Origin: Octopus sinensis
Taxonomy: Eukaryota
Assembly: GCF_006345805.1 (NCBI RefSeq)
Contig: NC_043007.1
Coordinates: forward strand, 47,740,001 to 47,804,000
Reading direction: 5' to 3'
Length of the DNA: 64,000 bases
Position numbers and translations under genes: made by a program. Positions 1 to 13,291 of the stretch are shown one piece after another. Under the pieces are notes generated by a model, which saw only the letters and a list, made by a program, of their open reading frames with translations, searched no databases and had not been told where the DNA came from. How positions within the stretch are numbered: position 1 is the stretch's first letter; the number at the start of each line of letters is the position of its first letter.

Positions 1-381
1 CCCAGAAGGATGAATGGCAAAGTTGATCTTGGCAGGATTTTGAATTCAAGACATAAAGGGCCTTAACTAAATACCACAAAGTATTTTGTCTGATGCTCTA
101 CAGATTCTGCTAATTTGCAGCTTTCATTTTATAATTTTATTTTATTTATTTTTGCGTGGGGTCTTTTTTTTTTCTTCTAAAATATGCATTTTGACTCTTA
201 TAACATCATCATTATATGAAGTTTTATTCAGACATTTTGAATCAGTGTTTTCTGATATTTAAATACTTAGAAATTTCTACCAAGGTTCCTTGAACAATTT
301 CCTTTTTGCTATTTCATGAATAAGTGTTTGTTTTATTTTTGTTGTATTTTCATATCTCAATGAATGTTCTATTTATTCCAG

Positions 382-463
382 CTGATGAACTTAATAATCA
401 GTTGACACAATGGTTATCAAAAGTACAAGCAGTCCATTCTCCAGCCAGAGCTATTATTGCACC
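382..463 (+). CDS. MEMO1: MEMO1 coding exon (first in window; ATG exon lies upstream)
   Basis: ttccAG|...|GTaagt; translates (A)[27 protein letters not shown], matching human MEMO1 [26 protein letters not shown] from memory. Confidence 0.95.
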
Positions 464-533
464 GTAAGTTATTCTATACAACAACTACCACATTGGTTTT
501 GCAAAAATTTGTACTTCTTTATTAGCTAATTAG

Positions 534-855
534 TGAAGGCATGTGACTTAGTGGTTAGGGTATTCGGCTACCAATCGTAAGGTCATAAGTTCAATTCCTG
601 GCAACACATTGTCTCTTTGAGCAAGACACTTTATTTTATGTTCCTCTAGTCCACTCAGCTGGCAAAAATGAGTTGTACCTGTATTTCCAAGAGCCAGCCT
701 TGTCACATTCTGTGTCATGCTGAATCTCTCTCTGAGAACTATGTTAAGGGTACTCATGTCTGTAAAGTGCTCAGCCACATGCATGTTAATTTCGCAAGCA
801 TGCTGTTACATTGATCAGAGCAATTGGAACCCTTGTCATCATAACAGAGTGCCAG
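534..855 (+). mobile_element. tRNA-derived SINE with target-site duplication
   Basis: A box (TGACTTAGTGG) and B box (AGTTCAATTCC); flanked by 13-bp direct repeat ATTAGCTAATTAG at 521-533 and 856-868. Confidence 0.85.
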
Positions 856-3800
856 ATTAGCTAATTAGCATACCCTTACTATCAAATGTAGTAGTGATTA
901 TTCTAGTTCAGCATTTTTTGGATTACATTTTCAATATTTTAAATGAATTTTTTTTTCCTGTTATTTTAGACTTTTAAGCTTTTGTCAATGTAAAGAAACT
1001 GCCCAAATAGAAAGTGAAATTTGGTTGGCTGGAAATAAAAGAAGCCTGATCTCTATGTGTCTACACGCACACAGATATACAAGGTGTGTACAGTCTGACC
1101 ACCTATTGCAATATCTGGGTACAGTCTGGTGGCTTCAGTTGTAACTATTGGCCTAACCTATATACACAGAAACACATTTTAACATCTTTTCCATCCTTGC
1201 ATGAGGCACCTGAGAGTAAGCTGGAGCACAGTTCTCTATGATTGGGTGCTCTACATAACAAACCTTACCTGCTTCTAAGCAAGGTAATAATTTCCCAGTT
1301 TGTTGACTATCAAACAGCCTAAAGATGGATATGCAGAGAAGTGGATATAAATGACACCAGTTGAATGTGCTTTCTGTTTTAAAAGATTATGCAACATGTC
1401 AAGAAGCCCAGATATGCTTTGTGGCAGGTTGCAAGCAAAAAACACTGTATTCTTGCAAGGCCTTTTATTTACAACCAGCAAACACACTTAGCATAAGCAG
1501 AAATATATATAATTTTGTCATGCTTGCATGCAATTCATTAGAGCAGATTTTCTGTAGCCAGATGCCCTTCCTGTTGCCAATCCTCACCTGTTTCCTGCCG
1601 AGATAATATTTTCCCACATTCTTTTGATAGTAAAGCTTGTTTTTGTGACTATCATGTGATGTTAAGACAAGGAAACACAAATTTACACACATACACACAC
1701 ACTTGATGAACTTGTTTCTATCTACCAAAATCCATTCACAAGGCTTTGGTTGATTCAAGATGTGCCACACAGTGGGACTAAACCCCAAAACTAAGCGGTT
1801 GAGTAGCAAACTTCTTAACCACACCACTACACCTACACCTATATATCACGATTTAATGACCATCTTCCATGCTGACATGGGTTGGATGGTTTTACAAGAT
1901 CTGAGAACTGTTTTGAGCTGCAATGTCTACTTTGGCATGCTTTTTACAACGAGGTACCTTTCCTGACTCCAACCACTTCACAGTATACTGGGTGCTGTTT
2001 TTGCATGGCATCACCATTAGTAAGGTCACTAAATAACTTGCAAAACAATACCTTTTGACTGAGTAGTGAGGTGCAATATTGAAGAGGTGGTTTTGTGCCA
2101 GGTATTAAGAGGCTAATGCATGATAGAGGGATGATAAGAATTAGTATCTTGCTGTAGTGATAACATAACTACTCCAGCTGGAAGAAAGATGGTGATAAGG
2201 TGTTAGGGGGTACCATCAACATACAAGGTGAATAAAGAGAAAATAGGGTAAAAGAATCGAGGATGGTTGGATAGGATGTTCTGTATGGGCTTTTCCCACT
2301 TTCTGTCTACTAAATCTGCTCACAAGGTTTTTGGTCAATCTGAAGTTATGGTAGAAAACATTTACCCAAGATGCCACACAAAGGAACAGAACCTGAAGCA
2401 ATGTGGTTGGAAAGCAAGCACATTTCTTAGTCATGCAACCATTCCTGCACCAGTGTGTGTGAATGAGTGAGTATTCCCCCTTCACATGTACAAACTGATT
2501 GAATGAAAAAAAAAAAATCACTTTTTATAATATAAGCTATATCGTTTGCTTGCAATTCTCTGGAAAATCATGTCTAGGTTGTCTTACTACAAAGCAAATG
2601 AGAGTTAGTGACAGGAGGAGCATCTGGGCATAGAAAAATCTACCACAGCAAAGTCTTATCTAACCCATGCAAGCATAGAAAAATGGGCAATAAAATGTTG
2701 GTAATGATGGCATAAGATTAAACCATACTTGAACACTTGAAAGATTAAATTGTGGGCCTGTAAATTTGGTGATTTAGATTTTGCTATAAGAATTGTTAAG
2801 TAAAATCCATGCAGTCCGTATGACTGAAATATCTGCCATTCATAGTTGTCTGGTTGCTTTTAAAGAGTATTTGGAATAAATGTTATTTATTGCGACAATC
2901 TTTCTTCAGTTTTCGAGGTCAGTCTGTCTTCTAAAATCAGTAAATATCTCTACAATCTTGGTAAGAATACGGGTGATTAGTCATCCTCAAACCAGAAACC
3001 TGGTCTAAACACTTGTAACAGATTAAGCTCAACTAAGGGTACACTAAGACCAGGTGATGGGGTTAAGTTAGATATTGATAAATATTTTTGCATTGTCCTT
3101 TCCATGATATATCATGCTTAGAGATTTACAAATTTGTGTTAGTAACATGTAAGAAACACCTGGTGCACTCTGTGAAGTAATTGGCATTAGGAAGGGCATC
3201 CAGCCATAGAAACCAAGCCAAACAGAATGCTGGAGCCTGGTACAGCTCTTCAGCTTACTGGTCCCAGTCAAACTGTCCAACCCATGCAAGCATGGAAAAT
3301 TGATGTTAAAGGATGAGGATGATGTTTTATTAAGGATTGTAGTCTTAAAACTATGCAGTAAACGTCCAAAATTTTATGAATTCCTCACTGACTCCAACTG
3401 CCCTTGGTTTTATGATGCAAACCTCCTGTTTTAAAGCAATCTAAACCTTCCATCAAAATGTTATGCAAATTTAAGTTCCATACACCAACTTAATAATGAC
3501 ATAATGATTTTACTAAACTCTTCATTATTTTCCAAATTAATTAAAATAAAAGTTGTATATTTCAACAGAAATATGGTAACAAAGGGGTTACTGTATTTTC
3601 TTGGTTTGACTGAATGCTGACTGTTGGTTCCATCTACTACTAACCTATAGATGTTGAAAGTCCATTATAAAGTTGTTATGAAGCATGTCATACTCTGTCT
3701 GTTGAGGACAGGGTTAGTGTTTGATCAAAAAAGTTTCCACACTCACTTTGTGCTTAATATTTTTAATTTTATGAAAGTCTAGTGTTCTTTAGTAATATGA

Positions 3801-4482
3801 CACCTAGAATTTCATTTTTGAAAAATCTGTATGAGATGCTTTATTTGATTTACCATTGTTAATAATTTGCCAGTGTCCAATATATTTGAGTGAGAATTAC
3901 ACTCTGTAACATGATTTTTGTCTTTGGGTAGCAACTGTTAATTAGTATTTGCTTACCACTTGAAAGTATGAAAAATAGTTAATATCTCCCTCAAATTTTA
4001 CTTTTGTTACATTTATTCAAACCCCTAAAAATCCCTCCACCACTACTCCTGCTCATCGTCAGAGATGCACATATTGTCAGAATCTGTGGTATTGAATATT
4101 TGCTATAACAATATTTTTACTTCAGTAACTCAGAGCTGAATCTGTCTGAATTGTAATGGATCAGTTTCTAAACATTGATGCCCAGGTCACAGAAGCAAAG
4201 TTTGAAGAGAATAGTATTAGAAGCAAATTGGAAATAACACTTAACTGACTAAAGAAAAGAAGAAATTTTGTTACAATGTTATTTGAAATATAGACATATT
4301 AAACAACATACAACTTTATTTTGCACAATGAATCCTGTAAATTTAAAGCTTTTCTGAAAACCTGAACTGAATTATATATTATATTTGTACCCTGATATAT
4401 AAAATAAATTCATTGCTTTAATTAGAATTTTATTTCAGGATAATTTAACATTAGTAATATTTGTTTTGTTTTTATTCCTAAG

Positions 4483-4551
4483 CCATGCTGGTTATATCTA
4501 CTGTGGAGCATGTGCAGCTCATGCCTACCGACAAATTGATCCTCAAAAAAT
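4483..4551 (+). CDS. MEMO1: MEMO1 coding exon
   Basis: AG/GT flanked, phase-compatible; [22 protein letters not shown] (PHAGY motif). Confidence 0.96.
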
Positions 4552-5385
4552 GTAAGTAACAGCTTATATATCTCTTAACAGTAGTTTCTCCCTGTCTATT
4601 GTGTTGCTCTCACCACTTTCAATATTATTATTATTTCTTTTACAACAGGTTGTCATTGTTAATGAATGATTATCAATATTTTGTTGCAGTTACTCTTGTA
4701 TATCTGTCCTCTACCTAAAGTCTTACTGCTATAATCAATACTGCATAGTATTCTGTTCTGACTCTTTGTTTCAAGTTCAAATCTTGCCATGGTCCACTTT
4801 ACTTATCTTTTTAGGTTCAATAAAGCAATTCTAGCCTTCCAGACTTGCTTGCACCCTCAACTCATTGGTGGGATTATAGATTTAACAGACAATTCTTTTA
4901 GTCTTGTATTATCATTAGTTGTAATTTCTTAAATTATTTGGGATCATTAATGATCCCAAATACACTATAATGTATCATTATTAAGAAATATATAATTAGA
5001 TACTTCAATCTTTTTCATATTGGCAAAATATATTTTATTCAGAAACCTGTTACAGTTGTATTTAAGAGATTTGACCTGAGACTGACTTTTAAAAATGGAA
5101 CAATTCCATCACAAAATCAATTAGATCACAACCACTAAACAACAGAAAAATTGTTAGATTCACTGTTCATTGATTTCTTAAGAGTATTGACTTTAATGTC
5201 AAGCTATGTTGCACTCTTGTGTAATTGAGCAGGTTGCAGAAGTGCAACGAATCTTTCTGAGTGTTCATAATAGACTATTAAGATATAAAGGAAAAGTGTA
5301 TATAACAACTTTTGTGTACTGTTAAATGACTAAAATGATTTCCTGCCTTTATAAACTGTAGCGAAATATTATCTTTCTGTTTCAG

Positions 5386-5498
5386 TAAAAGAATATTTAT
5401 CCTAGGTCCTGCTCATCATGTCCGTCTTTATGGTTGTGCACTGTCATCAATGGAGAAGTATCAGACCCCTTTTTATGATCTCACTATTGACAGTAAAG
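5386..5498 (+). CDS. MEMO1: MEMO1 coding exon
   Basis: AG/GT flanked; [37 protein letters not shown]. Confidence 0.96.
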
Positions 5499-5556
5499 GT
5501 AATTTCTAACTTTGTTACTTTGGATTTCTTTTATATAAAGTTAACTTTTTTTTTTT

Positions 5557-5903
5557 GGCTGTCTTTTTCACACATAAGTGAAAGTAGGGTATTTTAGTCA
5601 CTCGTCTTTCTCTGTCTGTCTGTGTGTTTGCAAAATTACTGTAAAACGGCTGAACGGATTTTCACCAAATTTGGCAGAAATATTCACTGGGTGAGTGGCT
5701 CGAACTCATTATTTTGGTTTGAGTATCTTTAAAACTGCTGGACTGGTGAATCAAAATGTTTTTGTTTACCTATACATTAACGATAAGCAGGGGAAATAAC
5801 TCTTGAGGTCATTTTGTTGAAATCTGAAATCGTCTGATAATATATTTATTAAATTTTATTTTATCCTTGTGTTTGCGCAGGTAGGTATCACCCACTCTGA
5901 TGG
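5557..5903 (+). mobile_element. Helentron-associated (HINE/DINE-1-like) non-autonomous element
   Basis: sits between T runs, has a (GTCT)n tract and the core AAAACGGCTGAACGGATTTTCACCAAATTTGGCAGA typical of such elements. Confidence 0.55.
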
Positions 5904-6205
5904 CTTTTTTTTTTGTCTTTTTCATTGTAAACTGTTTTTTCTCATTAAATACCAATTAATTTGATATCAGAGAAAGTAATAAACTATCTATATGGGTATT
6001 TGCCATTGTACAATAAATAGTAGTTACCTACAAATAAGTCAACTTGATGGCATAGAATGTCTCTCAGGTATATTAAACCTGGAGGAACAAGACAAAACAA
6101 GGTGTCCAGATTCTGAAGCCAATACTTGCTCTCCTTTGGGTTTGACTCTTGATACCAATCCACTGCCTTGACTGTTCCTATTCCTGTTACAAATTCCTGT
6201 TTTAA

Positions 6206-6382
6206 CCCTTTAGCATTTAAACCGGCCATATCCAGTCCAAATATTGCACCTGTTTTATGTCAAACTGGCCAGATCAATGTTATTCTAAAAATTTTAAATC
6301 ACATCAATGTAATCTTGAAGCTTTGGGAATAATGTGAAAGAATGAACATTGCATTGACGGGATAATCTGAATGCTAAAAGGT
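6206..6382. mobile_element. piggyBac-like MITE
   Basis: TTAA|CCCTTTAGCATT...AATGCTAAAAGGT|TTAA. Confidence 0.75.
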
Positions 6383-6412
6383 TTAAGTGATCTTAATTAC
6401 AAGTTAATTTAA

Positions 6413-6641
6413 CCCTTTTGTTACTGTGTTTATTTTGAGATGCTCTATGTTTCTTTCAATTACTTTATAACAAAGAATTTAGTAAAATAACTTATCATTC
6501 AGCTAGTGTTAGGAACATAAATTGTGACTAAGGTTTGGTAGAAGATTTTAATTCGAAACTTATGAAAACAAGACATTTGTACTCAGAGCCAGTTTCAAAA
6601 TAATGACAGTGTAGTTTAACAGAAATATGATAATAAAAGGG
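6413..6641. mobile_element. piggyBac-like MITE
   Basis: TTAA|CCCTTTTGTTA...TAATAAAAGGG|TTAA; related decayed pieces near 3420-3590 and 37560-37746. Confidence 0.75.
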
Positions 6642-7489
6642 TTAAGGATTTAACCCCCCTATTATTCTGTTGGTAGACTGTCTTTTTAACATTTGCTTTT
6701 TCACTTGTTTTACACCCATCTTACCATGCTAGCATGGGTCAGGTGAATACTTGCTAATTAAGGCATTATTTTACAATTCACATACATTTCTTGTCATTAA
6801 CCTTAACTTGTTTTACAATTTAGGGATTGTTATATTCCACTTGTCTTCAAAAGCATAGAGCTACAGAATGATTTGTTAACAGAAAGTCAATTTAACATCT
6901 CTTCTTTTCTCAATCAGTTTCATACAAAGCTACTGAATGTAAACATACCCACAAAATGCATGCATGCACACACACACACACACACAAAACAGGCTTCCTT
7001 ACAATTTCCAACTACAGATTCCATTTACAAGGCTTTAGTTGACTGAAGATACTTGCCCAATGTGCATACCATAAGATAGAACACAATGGTTACAAAGTGA
7101 ACTGCATTTCTATTCAGCTTTAATATATTTTCTTACGTAGAATTATTATTTTCTTGTATGGTAAATTTGATTAAATGTTTATCTTAAAGAAATGGGAAAA
7201 TTTTTGCAAGGTGCTGAATTGATTGTCTTGTATTTTTGATTCCTACATTTGTTGATCAACATTTTAAATAAGTCTTTATCAGTTATATTTTAAGAATTAT
7301 TTTTTAATGAGAAATACTTGGTTCTTCATTCAGAATTTATCATCCAATAATTATTATTATTGTTGAAATTGTTAAGGATAAAGAATTTCATATGAAGCTT
7401 TCTTTCTATTCTGCTTTTGAAAATATGAATTTTATTAAAAAGAGATCTTTTTTGTTAACATCTAGCTAATACAATTCCTTGCTTTTCAG

Positions 7490-7601
7490 TTTACAAAGAG
7501 CTCATGGCTACAGGCCATTTAGAGCAAATGTCAAGAGAGACTGATGAACAAGAACATAGTATAGAAATGCATTTACCATATATAGCTAAAGTAATGGAGA
7601 G
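7490..7601 (+). CDS. MEMO1: MEMO1 coding exon
   Basis: AG/GT flanked; [37 protein letters not shown] ([10 protein letters not shown] motif). Confidence 0.96.
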
Positions 7602-7661
7602 GTAAGTTAGCCAAAAATCAAAGTTTATAGCTGAATCACTATCAGAACTAGAGAAAAATTT

Positions 7662-8500
7662 TCAGGTGTGGAAGCATGGCCTAGAATCAAAGGGCCTTAG
7701 AGTTAACATAGAAAAAACTGAAGTCTTAGTAAGTACGAAAGAAGACAAGTTATAAATCCCTTCAGGTAGAAAATGGTCCTGCTTGATATGTAGAAAAGGC
7801 ATAGGTAGAAACTCCTTAAGATGTACCCAGTGCAGGCTATGGACACACAAGAGATGCAGCAATATCACAGAAAATAGTCTCTGTGTGTGGCAGGTGCAAT
7901 GGTACAATAAGTACTAGAAATGTACAGAAAATTGACTCCATCAAATGCAAGGGGGCGATACCTAGAAGCAGTTGATAGCTTCCGTTATCTAGGTGACCAA
8001 GTCACCAGTGGAGGTGGATGCTCTGAGAGTAGCTAGTAGAATAAGAATAGGCTGGGTAAAGTTCAGAGAACTACCTCTGTTGGTGACTAAGGGCCTCTCC
8101 TTTGGAGTGAAAGGCAGATAGTATAATGCCTGTGTACAAACAGCCATGCTACTCTGCAGTGAAACATGGGGTGTGACTGCTAAGAAAGAAATGAAGCTCA
8201 TATGCTTCGCTGGATGTGCAATGCCAGTATGCATGTACAACAGAGTTAGACCTCACAGAGGTGATGGTAAGTGACCGAGACCGTTGGTAATATGCTGTAC
8301 TTGAGAAAACTCATCAAGCCAAGTGAACTCATAGTTGTGGCCAATACTGGTGGCACACAAAAGCACTTGTGCCAGTGGCATATAGTAAACACCCATTACA
8401 CATCCAGTTGTAGCAACCATACCAAATCAGACTGGAACCAGTTCCAGTCAAACTGTCTAATCCATGCCATCATGGAAAGCAGACAATAAATGATGATGAG
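7662..8500 (+). mobile_element. RTE-like LINE 3' fragment (decayed)
   Basis: + frame WKHGLESKGLRVNIEKTEVL...CLICRKGIGRNSLRCTQCRLWTHKRCS (Cys-rich), FRYLG, IRIGWVKFRELPL; ends in CCATGCCATCATGGAAAG..(GAT)n tail. Confidence 0.8.
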
Positions 8501-8549
8501 ATAGATAGATATATGGCTAAAGTAATAGATATGTTACTATTTAACATAT

Positions 8550-8773
8550 GTAGTAAGGCAGTGAGCTGGCAGAAACATTAGCACGCTGGGCGAAATGCTT
8601 AGCAGTATTTCGTCTGTCTTTACATTCTGAGTTCAAACTCAGTCGAGGTTGACTTTGCCTTTCATCCTTTCAGGGTCGATAAATTAAATACCAGTTGCAT
8701 ACTGGGGTCAATCTAATCAACTGCCCCCTCCCTCCCCAAAAATTTCGAACCTTGTGCCTAGAATAGAAAAGAA
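8550..8773 (+). mobile_element. tRNA-head SINE with Nin/Deu-like central domain
   Basis: GCCTTTCATCCTTTCAGGGTCGATAAA domain; 12-bp TSD TATTTAACATAT at 8538-8549 and 8774-8785. Other copies at ~1-125(-), 9170-9585(-), 33985-34250(-), 34610-35065(+), 35850-36065(+), 55560-55755(+). Confidence 0.85.
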
Positions 8774-9847
8774 TATTTAACATATATTGTGAAAGTAATG
8801 GGGAGGTAAATTATTTACTATCTATAGCTCAAGTAATGAGCAGAGTAAGACTTGCTGCAAAAGCCATGATTTTGGGTTAACAAAGAATGAGTATACATAG
8901 ATAAATTTTTCTGTTGCACATCTTAAACTTTTATTTGTACAAATATAGTGTTTTGATGATATATGGGCCAAAGGGTGTACAGCAGTTGACCTTTGTTAAA
9001 CAGTGATAGAAATGTAAGCAGAAATGGTTGAGATTAAGTTCACATGTCTATGAAATTTATTTCTTCTTGAAAGTCTTTTTTGTGTGTGTGTGTTCGTAAG
9101 AATTTATAAACTTTTGAGAGAATGTGGAGTAATTCGTTTTTGAAATTGATTTTGTAGTATGATGCTATAAATAATCCTTTCTACTAAAGGTACAAGGCCT
9201 GAAATCTTAGCAGAGGGGACTAGTTGGTTACATTCACTCTAGTACTCAGTACTTATTTCATTGACCCTGAAAGAATGGCAAGCAAAGTCAACCTTGGCAG
9301 AATTTGAACTCAAGAGTGTAAAAACATGCCGTTTAACATTTTTTTCGGTATACTAACAATTCTGCCTTATAAATAATAGCACATAAAAATATTGATCTCA
9401 AATTTTGGTACTAAGCCAACAACTTTAGGAAATGGGGTAAGTTGATTATATCAACCCCAGAATTTAACTGGTACTTGTTTTGTCAACCCCAGAAGTATGA
9501 AAGGCAAAGTCAACCTTGGCAGAATTTAAACTCAGATCGTAAAGATAGATGAAATGCTAATGATTCTTCCAGTTTGCCACCTTAATAGCATGTAAATATT
9601 GGGTTGGTAAAAACCCCTTTTGAATAGGGAAAGACAAAGGCTGCTCATGAGATTTGAACCCACTTCTCCTGTAAACATAGCAAATGTTCTACTATTGGAC
9701 CTAAGTAATCCTTTGAATTTTTCTATCCATTTTAGAAACTTCTCACCAACAAGAATCGTGTGCATTTGATGTTATAAGCATTTATGAACTTTCAAGAGAA
9801 TAAGGAGTAATTCTTTCTTGGAATTCATTCTCAAAGTTTGTATAGTT

Positions 9848-10204
9848 GCAGGCATGGCTGTGTGGTAAGAAACTTGCTTGCCAACCACATGGTTCCAGGT
9901 TCAGTCCCACTGCATGGCACCTTGGACAAGTGTCTTCTACTATAGCCTTGGGGCCAACCAAAGCCTTGTGAGTGGATTTGGTAGGCAGAAACTGAAAGAA
10001 GCTTGTGGATGTATGTATATAAACGCAGGCATAGCTGTGTAGTAAGAAGTTTGCTTTACAACCACATGGTTCCAGGTTCAGTCCCACTAACACCTTGGAC
10101 AAGGGTCTTCTACTATAGCCTTGGGGCCAACCAAAACCTTGTGAGTGGATTTGGTAAACAAACTGAAAGAAGACCGTCATATATATACATATATATGTAC
10201 CGTC

Positions 10205-10238
<34 letters not shown>

Positions 10239-10440
10239 CTATGTCCCCACCACCATTGCTTGACAACCGGTGCTGGTGTGTGTTTGTCTCCATAACGTAG
10301 TGGTATGGCAAAAAGTGACTGATAGAATAAGTACTAGGCTTACAAATAAGTCCTGGGGTCAATTTCTTTGATTAAAACCCTTTAAGGTGGTGTGCCAGCA
10401 TGGCTACCATTAAGTGGCTGACACAAGTAATAAAATAAAG
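9848..10440 (+). mobile_element. tRNA-derived SINE with duplicated 5' half and internal (TA)/(TG) microsatellite
   Basis: head GCAGGCAT(G/A)GCTGTGT(G/A)GTAAGAA...GGTTCAGTCCC occurs twice (~9848, ~10025); 3' part ends CCAGCATGGC...CTGACACAAGTAA. Confidence 0.8.
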
Positions 10441-10669
10441 CTTCAACTTCCCCAAAAAAAATGTTTCCATATTCTCTCAAAAGTTTATAGTTCTTATGAT
10501 ATCAATCAGGATAATTAAATAATTTAATGCCAGAAAAATCAAAGTAGAATAGTTTTCGTCATTATCCTGTTAAATCGAGAGTGATTTCAAGATAAATATC
10601 AAATGTTTTTATTTTATCTTCATCCTTTTTTTCCTAGCAAATAAATTTATATTTAGAATAGATTCGAAA

Positions 10670-11122
10670 TCAAATTTGATGATTGGCATCCATGCTAGTG
10701 GAACACTAAAAGCACCATCCGAGCATGATCGTTGCCAGAGCAGCTGAGTGGCTTCCGTGCTGGTGGCACGTAAAAAGCACTATTCGAGTGTGATCATTAC
10801 TAGCGTTGCCCTACTGACACATGAAAAAACATTCAAGTGAAGTCGTTACCAGTGCCGCTGGACTGGCTCCTGTGCAGGTAGCATGTAAAAAAACACCATT
10901 GGAGCATGGCCGTTTCCAGGACTGCCTGACTGGCCCTCGTGCCGGTGGCACATAAAAGCACCCACTACACTCTCAGAGTGGTTGGTGTTAGGAAGGGCAT
11001 CAAGCTGTAGAAACTCTGCCAGATCACATTGGAGCCTGGTGCAGCCATCTAGTTCACCAGTCCTCAGTCAAATCGTCCAACCCATGCTAGCATGGAAAGT
11101 GGACCTTAAACGAGGATGATGA
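10670..11122 (+). mobile_element. RTE-type 3' end with internal tandem subrepeats
   Basis: repeated GGTGGCAC(G/A)TAAAA(A)GCAC units, then CCAACCCATGCTAGCATGGAAA and GAT tail, like the 7.7-8.5 kb LINE end. Confidence 0.65.
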
Positions 11123-11755
11123 CTAGATTATCATTTCCAATGCCCTTTGTTTACTTCATGGAATGGATATATTTGTAGCACAGTGTCCCATGCAGCCCTG
11201 TCCTAGTTATAGGCTGTGCTTAGTAGTTTTGGTATATTTTTACTGTAGCTTTATTGTAGCTGTTACCTAAGAAAGAGTCCAGCCATTACCCACATACAAA
11301 TGCGGCTTGGTAATATGCATCATGTTATTGCTAATTGTTGTAGGTGCCTGTGTGGTTGCTGGCAGATAGAACCAGATTCAGAATGTAACGACTAGAGGAA
11401 GAAAGAGCTATACCAGCACTTGGCTGGCACTCATTTTCAGTGGGTTAAACTGGAGCAAATTAAGATGAAGTACTTTGCTCAAGGATACAATATGCTGTTC
11501 ATTCCACAAATTGAACCCAACACATGATCAGCTGCCAGACACCCATACTGGACCACACTGCCAACAGCTGTGAACATCAGACATCCAAGTTCTCATCCCC
11601 TTACATAAAATGTTCTTCAAAAATGTTGTAATCCTCCCTTCCTCATTACTATAAATGTCACTGATTAAGCCACACTTTACATGTTATCTGTTCTTGTAAT
11701 GAATAACCAAGGCCTTAACTAATATACATGTTTACATGTCTTTTTGTTTTTTCAG

Positions 11756-11898
11756 TAAAAAAGGACAGTTTACTATAGTTCCAATTCTTGTAGGTTCATT
11801 ACAAGGAGATAAAGAAAAAATTTATGGGAAATTATTGGGGGAATATCTATCTAACCCAGAAAATTTGTTTGTGGTATCTTCTGATTTTTGTCACTGGG
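11756..11898 (+). CDS. MEMO1: MEMO1 coding exon
   Basis: AG/GT flanked; [47 protein letters not shown] (SSDFCHWG motif); within ORF 11736..12077. Confidence 0.97.
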
Positions 11899-13214
11899 GT
11901 AAGTTTATTTTGACTACATTGTTAATGCTGTCTCGTCTGTTACTGTTGGTTCTCTCAGCTAAACTTAATTTTATTTTGTATATCAGTGAGGGTGGGTGGA
12001 TGGATGTAGTTGAGTGGGATGCTTTATGGGTATTTTTGGTATTTTATCAGCTCCAGGAATCAAAAACCAAGATTTGACCCCAATTTAGGCTATCTGTCTC
12101 ACTACAAACTAATTTTCTTTCATCAATAAACAGCCAGTGTTTGTAGAGATGGAAGATACATGATTGAATCATTCATTATTTTGTTTGTTTAACATTTATT
12201 TTTCTGTGCTAGCATGGGTTAGATGGGAAGTTATTTGAAGTGGGATTTTAAAACCAGATGCTCTTCCTATCACCAACACTTATCAATTTTTCTAGCAAGG
12301 AATTTTTTTATTCTAAACGCTTTTGAAAGCTCAGTGACAAGTCAAAAGGCTAAAACGGAATGTCAACATCATTTTGCTCAAGTGTCCAATATTTACATTT
12401 GTATGCCAACACACATGCACACATACTTATATGTATAGATGTGTGTAGGCACAGTGGTTTTCCTAGCCACATGATTTTTAGGTTCGGACTCACTACGTCA
12501 TACACTGGACAAGTATTTTGCTATAATCTGAAGCCATTCAAATCCTTACAAGTGAATTTGGTAGAGGGAAGCTGAAAGAAGCATGCTGTATACATCTATG
12601 CTTGTACCTTTGTCTTGATATAGCATGATAGTTGTAAACAAGTGTCGCTGTCGTACAAGCTGTGTTAATTTCCAGTCTTCCATAAAAACATACCAGGCCA
12701 TGGGTAATAGTATCTTGTTTGGAAACAGGTTAGGGTTGGTAAAAGGAAGGCCTTCTAGTGAATGAAAATCTGTTTTGGTGAATTACATTTGATCTATGCA
12801 AGCATAGAAAAATAAACATTGAAATAACGGTGCTTGTGTGCACAAGCATGTCAAATTTAAAACTCAGCAATGTCCGATAACTGTAATATTCTGACATTTA
12901 GAATGTTTAAGGATTGCAAGCCATAACAACTTGAGCCTCTACATTGTCACTCCTATCTTAAAATAAGGACTCGTTGAGTAATGTAATTCCAGATATGCTT
13001 TCTAATGAAACGAGATGATGGTCATATTTGGAATGTCTTTTGATGATCGGTCTGCTTAATCATAGCTGACCTGGGCTGGCCATCAGTATCAATAATTAAG
13101 CAAAGTAGTGATACTGGTTTTGAAATACGAGTTAAATCCCACAATGCCACACAACAATGTGCTGACAAGGGAAAATACCTTGGTTTATGGTGTCTTTATT
13201 TGTTCTTTTTCCAG

Positions 13215-13291
13215 GTCGTCGTTTTAATTTTATTTATAATGATGAGGCAGCTGGTGAAATATGGCAGTCTATTGAATCTCTGGATAGAATG
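13215..13291 (+). CDS. MEMO1: MEMO1 coding exon
   Basis: AG/GT flanked; GRRFNFIYNDEAAGEIWQSIESLDRM. Confidence 0.95.
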
